A DNA stretch of 64,000 bases from Myxococcota bacterium (GTDB lineage Bacteria > Myxococcota_A > UBA9042 > PHBI01 > JAWLBL01), in the NCBI GenBank assembly GCA_041687695.1, contig JAWLBL010000014.1, positions 96,001-160,000 of the forward strand. Reading direction: 5' to 3'. Every line of letters starts with the position of its first letter. Position 1 is the stretch's first letter. The notes under the pieces are model-generated. The model saw nothing but the letters and a program-made list of their open reading frames with translations. It ran no database searches and was not told where the DNA came from. A program made the position numbers and the translations under genes. Of the stretch, positions 10,233 through 19,493 are shown in pieces.

Positions 10233-11028
10233 CGCCCTGGCGCTGTCCGTCCTCGCCTTCGCCCCGACGGCCTCGGCCCTGCCGCCCGAGACGACCGACG
10301 CGCGCGCCATCATGGAGGCCGTCGAGGCCCGCGAGCGCGGCGACAAGTCCGTCGGCGTGATGAAGATGGTCATCAGCGACGGCGCCGGCGCCAAGCGCGA
10401 GCGCATCGTGCGCACGCGCAGCATGGAGTTCACGGGCGGGACGAAGACGCTGATGCTCTTCGAGAGCCCGGCCGACGTCCGCAACACCGGCCTGCTCAGC
10501 GTCGACTACGACGACGGCGCCAAGGACGACGACCAGTGGCTGTACCTGCCCAGCCTGCGCAAGACGACGCGCATCTCATCGGGCGAGAAGTCGGGCTCGT
10601 TCCTGGGGACCGACCTGACCTACGCGGACATGACCAAGCGCGACCCGAAGAACTACGACTACACGATGCTGGACGCGGACGCGAAGGTCGGCGACGAGGC
10701 CTGCTGGAAGATCGAGGCGCGGCCCAAGCACGCCAAGGAGCGCGAGGAGACGGGCTACGTCAAGAGCGAGATCTGGATCAGCAAGAGCAAGCTCCTGCCG
10801 CTGCAGACGCGCCTGTTCGTGCGCGAAGGCAAGAAGATCAAGCTCATCAAGTTCGACGCGATCCGACAGGTCTCGGGCCTGTGGACGCCGCACAAGATCA
10901 CGGCCTGGACGACCCGCGGCGGCAAGACCGAGTCGATGACCGTCATCGTCTACTCGAGCCTGAAGTACGGCGACCCCAGCGTCTCCGCGTCGGACTTCGA
11001 GCAGCGCCGCCTCGAGCAGGGGCTCTGA
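10204..11028 (+). CDS. Outer membrane lipoprotein-sorting protein (LolA-like)
   Basis: Signal peptide; FESPADVRNTGLL, DDQWLYLPSLRKTTRI, SFLGTDLTYAD. Confidence 0.85.
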   Translation: MSLVPRKLLSALALSVLAFAPTASALPPETTDARAIMEAVEARERGDKSVGVMKMVISDGAGAKRERIVRTRSMEFTGGTKTLMLFESPADVRNTGLLSVDYDDGAKDDDQWLYLPSLRKTTRISSGEKSGSFLGTDLTYADMTKRDPKNYDYTMLDADAKVGDEACWKIEARPKHAKEREETGYVKSEIWISKSKLLPLQTRLFVREGKKIKLIKFDAIRQVSGLWTPHKITAWTTRGGKTESMTVIVYSSLKYGDPSVSASDFEQRRLEQGL

Positions 11029-11033
11029 GGGTC

Positions 11034-12596
11034 ATGGCCGACCGCGGGTTGGGTCCGAGAGGCTGGCGCGTAGGGGCCGCAGCGCTGGCGGTGGTCCTGG
11101 GCGCCCTGCCCTCGGGCGGCTGGGCGGCCGAGGCCGAAGCGCCGGCGGCCGACCCGCCGGCCGAGCCGACCGCGCCCGACGACGCGACCGACGACTGGGG
11201 TGACGAGGGCGGCGACGACGCCTTCGACGCGCCGGACGACGGCTTCGACGTGCCCGACGACGCCTTCGACGCGCCCGAGCTGCCCGGCGCTGTCGGCGGC
11301 GTGGCGCGCCTGTCGCCCTGGTCACTGTCGGGCTTCACGCGCAGCGACTGGGCCGTGTGGTCCGAGCGCCTGGGCGAGGGCGCCTTCGCGCAGGGCCGCC
11401 AGAGCCTGGACCTGGCCCTGCGCTACAAGAAGGGCGTGTTCCGCGCGGTGGCCTCGGGACACGCCGAGATCGACCTCGCCTATGTGGTCGGGGACGACTT
11501 CGATGCGCCGACCCGCGACACGTACGAGTGGCTGGTCGATCTCCGCGAGACCTACGTCGCTGCCTCCCTCGGCGACTTCGAGCTGACGGTCGGGCGCCAG
11601 ATCGTCCCCTGGGGCGAGGGCGACGTGGTCAGCCTGCTGGACGTCGTCAACCCGCGCGACATGCGCGAGCCGGGCTTGGCCGACCTCGACGACATCCGGC
11701 TGCCGGTGGCGGCCACGCGCCTCGGCTGGTTCCACGGCCCGCACCGGGTCGAATTGATGGTCGTCCACGAGGCCCACTTTGGCTACCGCAGCCCGCCCTT
11801 CGGCCCCTTCAGCCCACTGCCGGGCATCGTCCGCCAGGAGATGCCGGCGGCCGAGGCGCTCCTGGCCGACAAGACCATCCGCTACGACGACGTCCAGCCG
11901 GCCTTCGCCCTCGAGGACCAGCAGCTGTTCGCGCGCTGGCTCTATCGCGGCGAGGGCCTGGACCTCGGCCTGTACGCCGCCAGCGTCCTCGACCAGCAGG
12001 GCCTCATCCGCCTCGACCCGGCGGCCTTCTTCGCCAGCGACACCGTCGCCGTGCCGCTCGACCATCGCCGCTTCGCGATGCTGGGCCACTCGGGCGCCAT
12101 GCCCACCGGCGACTTCCTGCTCAAGTGGGAGCTGGGCCTGGACGTCGACCGTCCCTTCACGGCCCAGTCCGAGGCCGGCCCGCTCGCGCTCGTAGCCACC
12201 GAGGCCACCCTGGTCGGCGGCCTGCTCGGCGTCACCTGGGCGGGCCTGAGCGACACCCAGGTCGCCGTCGAGCTGTCCAAGAGCCTGCGCCTGTCCTCCC
12301 TCGACGACGGCCTGAGCTTCCTCTTCCCGCCCGACGCCCCCACCGGCGCCCTGCGCGCCTCTTGGCAGGGCCTGCGCCAGCGCCTGCAGCTCGGCCTGGC
12401 GGCCACCGCGCTCGGGCTGACCGCCGAGTACGGCTTCCTGGTGCGCGGGGAAGGCAGCTACACCATCGCCGACGGCCTCAAGGCCACGGTCGGCTACATC
12501 ACCTACCAGCCGGGCGACGAGACCGGGCCGTTCACCGGCCTCGACCGCCACGATCGCCTCTTCGCGCGCCTCCGCTGGGACTTCGTGGCCTTCTGA
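11034..12596 (+). CDS. Putative outer membrane beta-barrel protein (DUF1302-like)
   Basis: Signal peptide, acidic linker, LRETYV, VGRQIVPWG, DVVNPRD, C-terminal RLRWDF; last gene of the MMPL/LolA-like operon. Confidence 0.7.
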   Translation: MADRGLGPRGWRVGAAALAVVLGALPSGGWAAEAEAPAADPPAEPTAPDDATDDWGDEGGDDAFDAPDDGFDVPDDAFDAPELPGAVGGVARLSPWSLSGFTRSDWAVWSERLGEGAFAQGRQSLDLALRYKKGVFRAVASGHAEIDLAYVVGDDFDAPTRDTYEWLVDLRETYVAASLGDFELTVGRQIVPWGEGDVVSLLDVVNPRDMREPGLADLDDIRLPVAATRLGWFHGPHRVELMVVHEAHFGYRSPPFGPFSPLPGIVRQEMPAAEALLADKTIRYDDVQPAFALEDQQLFARWLYRGEGLDLGLYAASVLDQQGLIRLDPAAFFASDTVAVPLDHRRFAMLGHSGAMPTGDFLLKWELGLDVDRPFTAQSEAGPLALVATEATLVGGLLGVTWAGLSDTQVAVELSKSLRLSSLDDGLSFLFPPDAPTGALRASWQGLRQRLQLGLAATALGLTAEYGFLVRGEGSYTIADGLKATVGYITYQPGDETGPFTGLDRHDRLFARLRWDFVAF

Positions 12597-12704
12597 GGCC
12601 GCCCCGCCGTCCCTGGGGACCGCCTCGTGGCCATCGCGGGGCGCATGGACGAAGCTGACGCTCCCCGGGCGACGTCTCGCCCACGGACCGCTAGCAGGGG
12701 CCCC

Positions 12705-13145
12705 ATGCCAGGACTACACCCGTTGGCGCTCGACCCTCCGTCCGTCCGCGCGCCCGGAGACGCCGTGGACGTCGTCGTCATCGACGACGATCCCGAGATC
12801 CGGATGTGCTTGCAGGACGTGCTCACCAGCGAAGGATACGCAGTCACCGCGCACGGCGACGGCGAGCGCGCCCTGGCCTGGTTGGCCAGCGCCAGCGCGC
12901 CGCGCCTCATCCTGCTGGATCTGTCGATGCCGACCATGAGCGGGCTCGAGGTCCTGGCCCACCTGAAGGCCGAGCCACGCCTCGCCCACGTGCCGGTCGT
13001 CGTCTTCACGGCCGCTCGGATGCCCGACGGCGAGGCCCTGCCCCCCACCGCCGCCGCCTTCCTGGCCAAGCCGGTGACCCTCGACGCCCTGCTGGGCCTG
13101 GTCGAGCGCTTCTGCCCCGCGCCGACCCCCTCGGCCCGCGCCTGA
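12705..13145 (+). CDS. Single-domain response regulator (CheY-like)
   Basis: VIDDD, LILLDLSMP, FTA, LAKP; start uncertain (12627/12645/12705). Confidence 0.8.
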   Translation: MPGLHPLALDPPSVRAPGDAVDVVVIDDDPEIRMCLQDVLTSEGYAVTAHGDGERALAWLASASAPRLILLDLSMPTMSGLEVLAHLKAEPRLAHVPVVVFTAARMPDGEALPPTAAAFLAKPVTLDALLGLVERFCPAPTPSARA

Positions 13146-13155
13146 CCCGACGCGC

Positions 13156-13515
13156 TCAGCCGCCGAACACCTCGGCCCAGGCCGCCTCGTCGAAGCCGAC
13201 GAGCGCGCGATCGCCCGCGAAGACCAGCGGGCGCTTGATGAGCTTGCCGTCGGCGGCCAGCGCCGCGAACGCCTCGTCGTCGCTCATCGTGGCCAGCCGG
13301 TCCTTCCAACCGCCCTGGCGATACGATTGCCCCGAGGTGTTGAAGAGCTTGCGCACCGGGACGCCCGCCCGCTGCTGGGCCTGCCGCAGCGTCTCGGCGC
13401 TCGGGGGATTGCCGACGATGTCGACGGACTCGAAGGCGACGCCGCGCGCGGCCAGCCACTTCGCGGCCTTCCGGCACGTCCCACAGGCCGGGTACTGGTA
13501 CAGGGTGACGTTCAT
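13156..13515 (-). CDS. ArsC/Spx/YffB family protein
   Basis: YPACGTCRKA, LFNTSGQSYR, LIKRP, LVGFD; SD GGAG. Confidence 0.85.
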   Translation of the reverse strand: MNVTLYQYPACGTCRKAAKWLAARGVAFESVDIVGNPPSAETLRQAQQRAGVPVRKLFNTSGQSYRQGGWKDRLATMSDDEAFAALAADGKLIKRPLVFAGDRALVGFDEAAWAEVFGG

Positions 13516-13629
13516 GGGCTCGCCCGCTCCTCCTCGGCCCGAGTTGGCCTCGAGCGCTCGGGTTTGTACTGGTTTCGATGACTTCCGCGGCCCCACGAGC
13601 TGGGCCGCGCTGCGCTGGGAGGCACGGGT

Positions 13630-14211
13630 ATGGAGTATCGGGAGTTCGTGGAAGAAGTGAAGGGCCACGGCGGGCTGGGCTCCGCGGACGAGGCCGAGCG
13701 CGCCATCGAGGCGACCCTGACCACGCTCGCCGAGCGCGTGCCGGCCGACGACACCAAGGACATCGCGCTGATGCTGCCTCGGGAGCTGCGGCGCATCCTG
13801 CAGCAGCCGCTCGGCCGCGGGCTGCGGGGGACCGAGATCGACGACATCGTCAACGAGACCACGGGGCCGACGCCGCACTTCAGCGACCAGCAGGGCGGGC
13901 GGGTGCCCGTCCGCGAGGGGCTGGGCATCTCGAAGACCGAGCGCGAGGTCCGGCGCGGCGGCGTGCCGCTCGACCGCGAGGCCTTCGTCGAGCGCGTCGG
14001 CCGGCGCGAGAACGTCAGCGCCGACCAGGCCGAGCGCCACGTCTCGGCCGTGTTCGCCGCCCTGTCCCGCGCCATCACCGGCGAGCAGGTCCGCTACATG
14101 CGCGAGCACCTGCTGCGGGGCGAGCTCGACGATCTCTTCCCGGCGTCCCGCGGCGAGGGCCAGGCCCGCCGCGACGACCCGCGCGGAGGCCACGGCCGAC
14201 GACGCCGCTGA
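13630..14211 (+). CDS. DUF2267 family protein
   Basis: MEYREFVEEV..AERAIEATLTTLAER..DIALMLP and second repeat FVERV..AVFAALSRAI; SD GGAGG. Confidence 0.7.
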   Translation: MEYREFVEEVKGHGGLGSADEAERAIEATLTTLAERVPADDTKDIALMLPRELRRILQQPLGRGLRGTEIDDIVNETTGPTPHFSDQQGGRVPVREGLGISKTEREVRRGGVPLDREAFVERVGRRENVSADQAERHVSAVFAALSRAITGEQVRYMREHLLRGELDDLFPASRGEGQARRDDPRGGHGRRRR

Positions 14212-14236
14212 GGGCAGGCCGCCAAGGCTGACGGCG

Positions 14237-14286
14237 CTTCGAAACGGCGACGCCCGGGGTAGCCTCATCGGCCGGCCCCGGGCGTC
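14237..14286 (-). terminator. Hairpin with GTTTCGAAG tail downstream of the Cys-rich lipoprotein gene
   Basis: 11-bp stem GACGCCCGGGG/CCCCGGGCGTC, then GCCGTTTCGAAG on the minus strand. Confidence 0.5.
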
Positions 14287-14348
14287 ACGCGGTCGACCGG
14301 GAGCGGACCCGCGTGGGCCCGCTCCGGAGGTCGTGGTCGTCGCTCAGC

Positions 14349-16454
14349 TCAGTTGGCGACGCACTCGCCGGCCTGGCAGGTGCCCGTGTCGGCCCCCGTC
14401 CCGGCGTCGCAGCCGGTGTCGTCGGCGACGGGCGTGCCCACGCAGGTGCCCGTCCCCTCGCCGCACACGATGGTGCCCGTGGCCTCGCGGCACTCGGTCG
14501 CCTCGGTCGTGCAGGCGGCATCGCAGTCGGCGCACGTGCCCTCCCAGCAGAAGGCGTCGACGCCGCAGGGGATGCTGTTGGGCTTGTTGCCCGACGGCTC
14601 ACACACCGTCTCGCCGTCGACGCAGGTCGCCGTGCCGGTCTTGCAGACCTCGCCCGGCACCGCGCACGAGGCGCCCTCTTCGCAGGCCGGGACCGGGGGG
14701 TTGCACTGGCCCTCGGCGTCGCACTCGAACCCCTTGTCGTTGCAGACGGTCCCCACCGGCAGATCGTTGCCGGTCGCCGTGCAGACGGGCTCGCCCTCGC
14801 CGCACACGAGCGTGGCCTCGGCGCAGGGATCGCCCGCGAGCACGCACGCGGCGTCGCACGCCACGCACTGCCCGCCGACGCACGCCGAGTCGCCGCCGCC
14901 GCAGCTGGTGCCGTCCGCGACCGCGCCAGAGGCCACGCACACGGGCTGACCCGACGCGCACGAGGTCTGCCCCATCACACACTCGTTGCCCTCGGGGGTG
15001 CAGGGCGCGCCCTCGTCGCAGGCGGCGCAGGCCCCGTCGAAGCACACGGCGCCCTCGCCGCAGGGGGTGCCGTTGGGCGCCGCGCCGACCAGCACGCAGG
15101 TCGCGCCGTCGTTGTCGCAGGCGACCGCGCCCTGCTGGCAGGGGTCGCCCTCGAACTGGCAGGGCGCCGACACGACGCACTGGCACTCGCCGTCCAAGCA
15201 GCTGAAGTCGTCGCCGCACGGGGTGCCGTTCGGCTGGGACGCGCCGGTGTCGACGCAGACCTCGTCGCCCGTCGAGCAGTCGGTCTCGCCGATGGCGCAG
15301 GCCTCGCCCTCGATGGCGCACGCCGCGCCGGCCACGCAGGCCTTGCACAGGCCGTTCGAGCACACCTTGTCGGTGCCGCACTCGGTGCCGTCGGGCAGGG
15401 GCGCGCCCGCCTCGCAGACCGGGAAGCCGCTGTCGCAGGAGATGGCGCCGCTCAGGCAGGCCGCCCCCGTGACGCTGCAGGCCTCGCCCGCGTTGCACAC
15501 CCCGCACTCGAAGGGCGTGCCGCCGCCGCCGCAGGTCGCGTCACCCTCGCACTCCCCGCACGACCCGCCGCAGCCGTCGTCACCGCAGCTCTTGCCGTCG
15601 CAGTCCGGCGTGCACTCGCAGCTGATCGGGTTGACGCCGCTCGGGTCCTCGGCGCCGTCGGTCTGGCAGTCGTAGAACTCGCCCTCCGCGTCCCAGCCGC
15701 AGGTGCCGGCCGGGCAGTCCAGCGTCTCGAGCGCGCCGTCCAGGCAGTAGTTCAGCTGGTCGCCCTCGCAGCACCCCTCGAAGGTCACGTTGCCGCAGGC
15801 CACCACCTCGACGCACGTCCCTGCGTCGCAGGTCGTGCCCTCGCCGCAGGTGCCGCACGAGCCGCCGCAGCCGTCGGAGCCGCACTCGCGTCCGTCGCAG
15901 TTGGGCGTGCACTCGCCGCACTCCAGCGGGTGCGCTCCGGTGGGCTCGGCTCCGGCGTCGGAGCCGCAGTCGTAGTAGCCCTGGTCGGCACGCCAGCCGC
16001 AGGGCTGGCCCTGGCAGTCGATCGAGGTGACCTCGTCGTTGTCGCAGAACTTGACGACGCCGCCATCGCAGCAGCCCTCGAAGGTGATGGCCCCGCACGG
16101 GCCGGCTGCGACGCACTGTCCGGCCTCGCAGACGTCGCCGCCCGTGCAGTCGCCGCAGGTCCCGCCGCAGCCGTCGGAGCCGCACTCCTTGCCGGCGCAG
16201 TCGGGCGTGCAGACGTCGGGGCCTTCGTCCGGCGTGACGTCCGGGGTCGTCACGTCGGCGTCCTCGCCGGTCGTCGTGTCCTCGCCCCCGCCCTCGTCCG
16301 TCCCCGTGGTCGTGTCCTCGCCCGTCTCGGCGCCGACGTCCGTCGTCACGTCGACGCCGGGGCCTCCGTTGGTTCCGTTGTCGTCGCAGGCGGCCAGGCC
16401 GGCCACGGCGATCAACGCCGCGCCGAGCGCGCGCAGGGTCTGATGGGTCCTCAT
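14349..16454 (-). CDS. Large Cys-rich repeat lipoprotein
   Basis: Lipobox LAAC, acidic Thr/Gly linker, 3x CTPxCxGxxCGxDGCGGxCG, 2x CGxxTFEGCC modules, 7 tandem 8-Cys repeats; alternative start 16469. Confidence 0.8.
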   Translation of the reverse strand: MRTHQTLRALGAALIAVAGLAACDDNGTNGGPGVDVTTDVGAETGEDTTTGTDEGGGEDTTTGEDADVTTPDVTPDEGPDVCTPDCAGKECGSDGCGGTCGDCTGGDVCEAGQCVAAGPCGAITFEGCCDGGVVKFCDNDEVTSIDCQGQPCGWRADQGYYDCGSDAGAEPTGAHPLECGECTPNCDGRECGSDGCGGSCGTCGEGTTCDAGTCVEVVACGNVTFEGCCEGDQLNYCLDGALETLDCPAGTCGWDAEGEFYDCQTDGAEDPSGVNPISCECTPDCDGKSCGDDGCGGSCGECEGDATCGGGGTPFECGVCNAGEACSVTGAACLSGAISCDSGFPVCEAGAPLPDGTECGTDKVCSNGLCKACVAGAACAIEGEACAIGETDCSTGDEVCVDTGASQPNGTPCGDDFSCLDGECQCVVSAPCQFEGDPCQQGAVACDNDGATCVLVGAAPNGTPCGEGAVCFDGACAACDEGAPCTPEGNECVMGQTSCASGQPVCVASGAVADGTSCGGGDSACVGGQCVACDAACVLAGDPCAEATLVCGEGEPVCTATGNDLPVGTVCNDKGFECDAEGQCNPPVPACEEGASCAVPGEVCKTGTATCVDGETVCEPSGNKPNSIPCGVDAFCWEGTCADCDAACTTEATECREATGTIVCGEGTGTCVGTPVADDTGCDAGTGADTGTCQAGECVAN

Positions 16455-16529
16455 CGTGTGCTGCTCCATGGAGTCCGTTCGGTTCCTCGCCCGTGTACCA
16501 GCGGGTCCACGGCGACACAAGCGGTCGGG

Positions 16530-16545
16530 TGCAGCGCACACGCCA
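16530..16545 (-). promoter_or_regulatory. Possible sigma-54 promoter for the Cys-rich lipoprotein
   Basis: TGGCGTGTGCGCTGCA on minus strand: GG-N10-GC spacing, imperfect consensus. Confidence 0.35.
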
Positions 16546-16656
16546 CGACCTCGCTGGACTTGTCGCGCGCGAAGGCATATTCGGCGGTCCTGCCCTGTTT
16601 CGCCGCCCATCGACCGCCCATCACCTCTGCGGCCCGTGCGCCCACAGGAGAGAGCC

Positions 16657-17871
16657 TTGTCCAAGCGTTTGACGTCCTCGCCGCTCCGCGGCGCCCTGTT
16701 CGCCGCCGTCGCCCTCACGGGCCTCGCCGGCTGCGCCAAGGGTGAACCGGCGCCCACCGCCGCGCCGACCGCCGCGCCGACCCAGCCCGCCGACCCCAAG
16801 GCGACGGCCGCCGAGACCCCGCCGACCACCCCCGCCGCAGAGGCGGCCCCCGCCACCCCGCCGGCCACCGAAGCCCGCCCCGCGCCGGCCGTGGTGCCGC
16901 TGCCCGGCGAGCCCGACCCGTCCACCGTCGTGCTCGAGATGGCGGGCCAGACGATGACGCTCGCGCAGCTCGACGAGCGGGCCGGCGACCAGGTCAACCA
17001 GGCCCGCCTCGAGTTCTTGACCAAGGCGCACGAGGCGCGCTCGCGCGCCCTGCACGAGTACGTCGACCGCCACCTCGTCGAGCAGGAGGCCAAGCGGCTC
17101 GGCCTGGCCGACGACGAGGCCTACCTCAAGCAGCACGTCGACGACAAGCTCCCGGCGCCCAGCGACGAGGAGGTCCGCAGGTTCTACGACGAGAACAAGG
17201 ACCGCATGAACGGCGCGGCCTTCGAGGAGGTGCAGCCCCGCATCGTCGAGTTCCTGGTGAGCAACGCCCGGCGCGACAAGTTCATCGAGGTCCTCGGGGG
17301 CCTGCGTGACAAGGCCGGCGTCAAGATCTTGCTGCCGCCGCCGCGGATCCAGGTCGAGGCGGTCGGTCCGTCCAAGGGCCCCGCCGACGCGCCGCTGACC
17401 ATGGTCATCTTCTCGGACTTCGAGTGCCCCTACTGCGCCCAGGTCAACATCGCCGTCCAGGAGGTCGCCCGGGCCTACGAGGGTAAGGTGCGCTTCGTCT
17501 TCCGCGACTTCCCGCTGCCGTTCCACAAGAACGCGCCGCACGCCGCCGAGGTCGCCAAGTGCGCCGACGAGCAGGGCAAGTTCTGGGAGCTGCACGACGC
17601 CCTGTTCGCCAACCAGCAGGACCTGTCGGCGCAGGCCGTCGCCGGCTACGCCCAGGGCATCGAAGGCCTCGACACCGCCAAGCTGGCCGCGTGCGTCGAC
17701 AGCGGCCGTAAGAAGCCCCTGGTCCAGGCCGACACGATGGCCGCGCACGACGCCGGCGTCACGGGCACCCCCGCCTTCTTCATCAACGGCATCCCGCTGT
17801 CGGGCGCCATCCCGTTCGAGGGCTTCAAGGAGGTCATCGACGCGGAGCTCGACCGGCTCGGCCAGAAGTAG
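16657..17871 (+). CDS. DsbA-like lipoprotein
   Basis: TTG start after AGGAG; lipobox LAGC; Pro/Ala linker; FSDFECPYC; GTPAFFING. Confidence 0.85.
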   Translation: MSKRLTSSPLRGALFAAVALTGLAGCAKGEPAPTAAPTAAPTQPADPKATAAETPPTTPAAEAAPATPPATEARPAPAVVPLPGEPDPSTVVLEMAGQTMTLAQLDERAGDQVNQARLEFLTKAHEARSRALHEYVDRHLVEQEAKRLGLADDEAYLKQHVDDKLPAPSDEEVRRFYDENKDRMNGAAFEEVQPRIVEFLVSNARRDKFIEVLGGLRDKAGVKILLPPPRIQVEAVGPSKGPADAPLTMVIFSDFECPYCAQVNIAVQEVARAYEGKVRFVFRDFPLPFHKNAPHAAEVAKCADEQGKFWELHDALFANQQDLSAQAVAGYAQGIEGLDTAKLAACVDSGRKKPLVQADTMAAHDAGVTGTPAFFINGIPLSGAIPFEGFKEVIDAELDRLGQK

Positions 17872-17893
17872 CCGGCGCATCGAAGCTTGTCCC

Positions 17894-17944
17894 GACGCGC
17901 GGGACCGAGGGCACGCCCCCCCGGTCCCGCGCGTCGTTTCGAAG
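17894..17944 (+). terminator. Hairpin with GTTTCGAAG tail
   Basis: 14-bp perfect stem GACGCGCGGGACCG/CGGTCCCGCGCGTC followed by GTTTCGAAG. Confidence 0.6.
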
Positions 17945-18176
17945 CCTCGGCGCCTGGGCGGCCACGCCAGGTCTCCCAAGTGGTTTCGGCATGTTCGCGC
18001 GGCCAGCCGGGTTGCAGGGGATGACACCCGCTCTCCAGTCACCCCCGGCCCCACCCGGCGGCGCCACCGCGCGACCGACCGGCACGAGGGCCGCGCGCCA
18101 CGAGCCGGCGCACGCGTGACGGCCGCGACGGCGGCGAGCGGGTCCCGAACCGCTGCCCGTGCCCGAGGAGGCCCGC

Positions 18177-19388
18177 ATGCTCCGCCGGAGTCTCGACCTC
18201 GCTCCGTTCGCCCTGGCCCTCACCCTCGCGCTGGGCGGCTGCCGCCCCGACAAGGCCGAGGCGATGCGGCAGCCCGCCGCACCCGGAGCGGCGACGACGA
18301 GCGACCCCACGAACGCGTCCGAACCCGCGCCCGACCCGGCGGCGTCCGCCGCCGACGAGGCCGTGGCGCCGGCCGACGACCTGTCGACCATCGAGGACAC
18401 GCTGCCGCCGGAGACGGTCGTCGCGCGCGTCAACGGCAAGGCGATCCGCCTGTCGTCCGTCGACGCCGAGATCGAGGCCGAGCTGCGGCAGGCGCGCACC
18501 GAGTACGTCCAGAACGTGCACATGCTGCGCCGCCAGGCCATCGAGGCCCAGGTCGCGATGCACCTGCTCAGCGAGGAGGCCCACCGCAAGGGGATGCTGA
18601 CCCTCGAGGACTACCTGCGCGAGGAGATCGAGGACACGGTGCCCGCGCCGTCGAAGGCCGACGTCGAGCGCTTCTTCGAGGAGCACCTCGAGGGCGTGCC
18701 GCGCGCCGAGCTGGTCGAGCTCGAGGGCGACGTCCGCGAGCACCTGCACATGGAGGCCAAGCAGACCCGGCTGCTGGAGATCGTCGAGCGCCTGCGCAAG
18801 GGCGCCGACATCCAGATCGATCTGCCGCGGCCGCGGGCCCGCGTGCGCACCATCGGCCCCGCCATGGGCCCGGAGAGCGCGCCCGTGACCATCGTGATGT
18901 TCAGCGACTTCCAGTGCCCCTACTGCGCCGAGGCGGCGGAGCTCGTCGACGATCTCGTGGACGAGTACGAGGGCCGGGTGCGGCTGGTCGTGCGCGACTT
19001 CCCGCTGGCCTCGCACCCCAACGCCCAGGCCGCTGCCGAGGCCGCGCGCTGCGCCGACGAGCAGGGGCTGTACTGGCCGCTGCACGCGCGGCTGTTCGCG
19101 CATCAGGACGCGCTCGAGCCCTCCGACCTGCGCCGCCACGCGCGGAGCGTCGAGGGCCTGGACGCCGAGCGGTTCGACGAGTGCCTGTCGAGCGGACGCA
19201 TGGCCATCCTGGTCGAGGGCGACCGCGCCGACGGCGAGGCGGCCGGGGTCCAGGGGACGCCGGCGTTCTTCGTCAACGGCTACCCGGTGGCCGGCCTGGT
19301 GGAGCGGCGCGAGCTCGAGCTCATCATCGACAGCGAGCTGCGGGCGCTGAAGCGCTCGGGCGCCCTGTCCCCCGACGGCAATCCCTGA
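18177..19388 (+). CDS. DsbA-like lipoprotein
   Basis: SD GAGGAGG; lipobox LGGC; FSDFQCPYC; GTPAFFVNG. Confidence 0.85.
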   Translation: MLRRSLDLAPFALALTLALGGCRPDKAEAMRQPAAPGAATTSDPTNASEPAPDPAASAADEAVAPADDLSTIEDTLPPETVVARVNGKAIRLSSVDAEIEAELRQARTEYVQNVHMLRRQAIEAQVAMHLLSEEAHRKGMLTLEDYLREEIEDTVPAPSKADVERFFEEHLEGVPRAELVELEGDVREHLHMEAKQTRLLEIVERLRKGADIQIDLPRPRARVRTIGPAMGPESAPVTIVMFSDFQCPYCAEAAELVDDLVDEYEGRVRLVVRDFPLASHPNAQAAAEAARCADEQGLYWPLHARLFAHQDALEPSDLRRHARSVEGLDAERFDECLSSGRMAILVEGDRADGEAAGVQGTPAFFVNGYPVAGLVERRELELIIDSELRALKRSGALSPDGNP

Positions 19389-19410
19389 CCCGCCGCAACG
19401 TCCGATCCCA

Positions 19411-19449
19411 CGCGCCGGTCCCCGCGGGCCGGCGCGCGTCGTTTCGAAG
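19411..19449 (+). terminator. Hairpin with GTTTCGAAG tail
   Basis: Stem CGCGCCGGTCC/GGGCCGGCGCG followed by CGTCGTTTCGAAG. Confidence 0.55.
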
Positions 19450-19493
19450 TCTGGCCGCCGAAGGTCCGGCGGTCGAAGGTCCGGGGTTGAAGG

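Noticed and set aside
7425..10487. 1020-aa minus-strand ORF
   Set aside because: Antisense shadow of the MMPL gene; high-GC codon bias removes stops and there are no motifs
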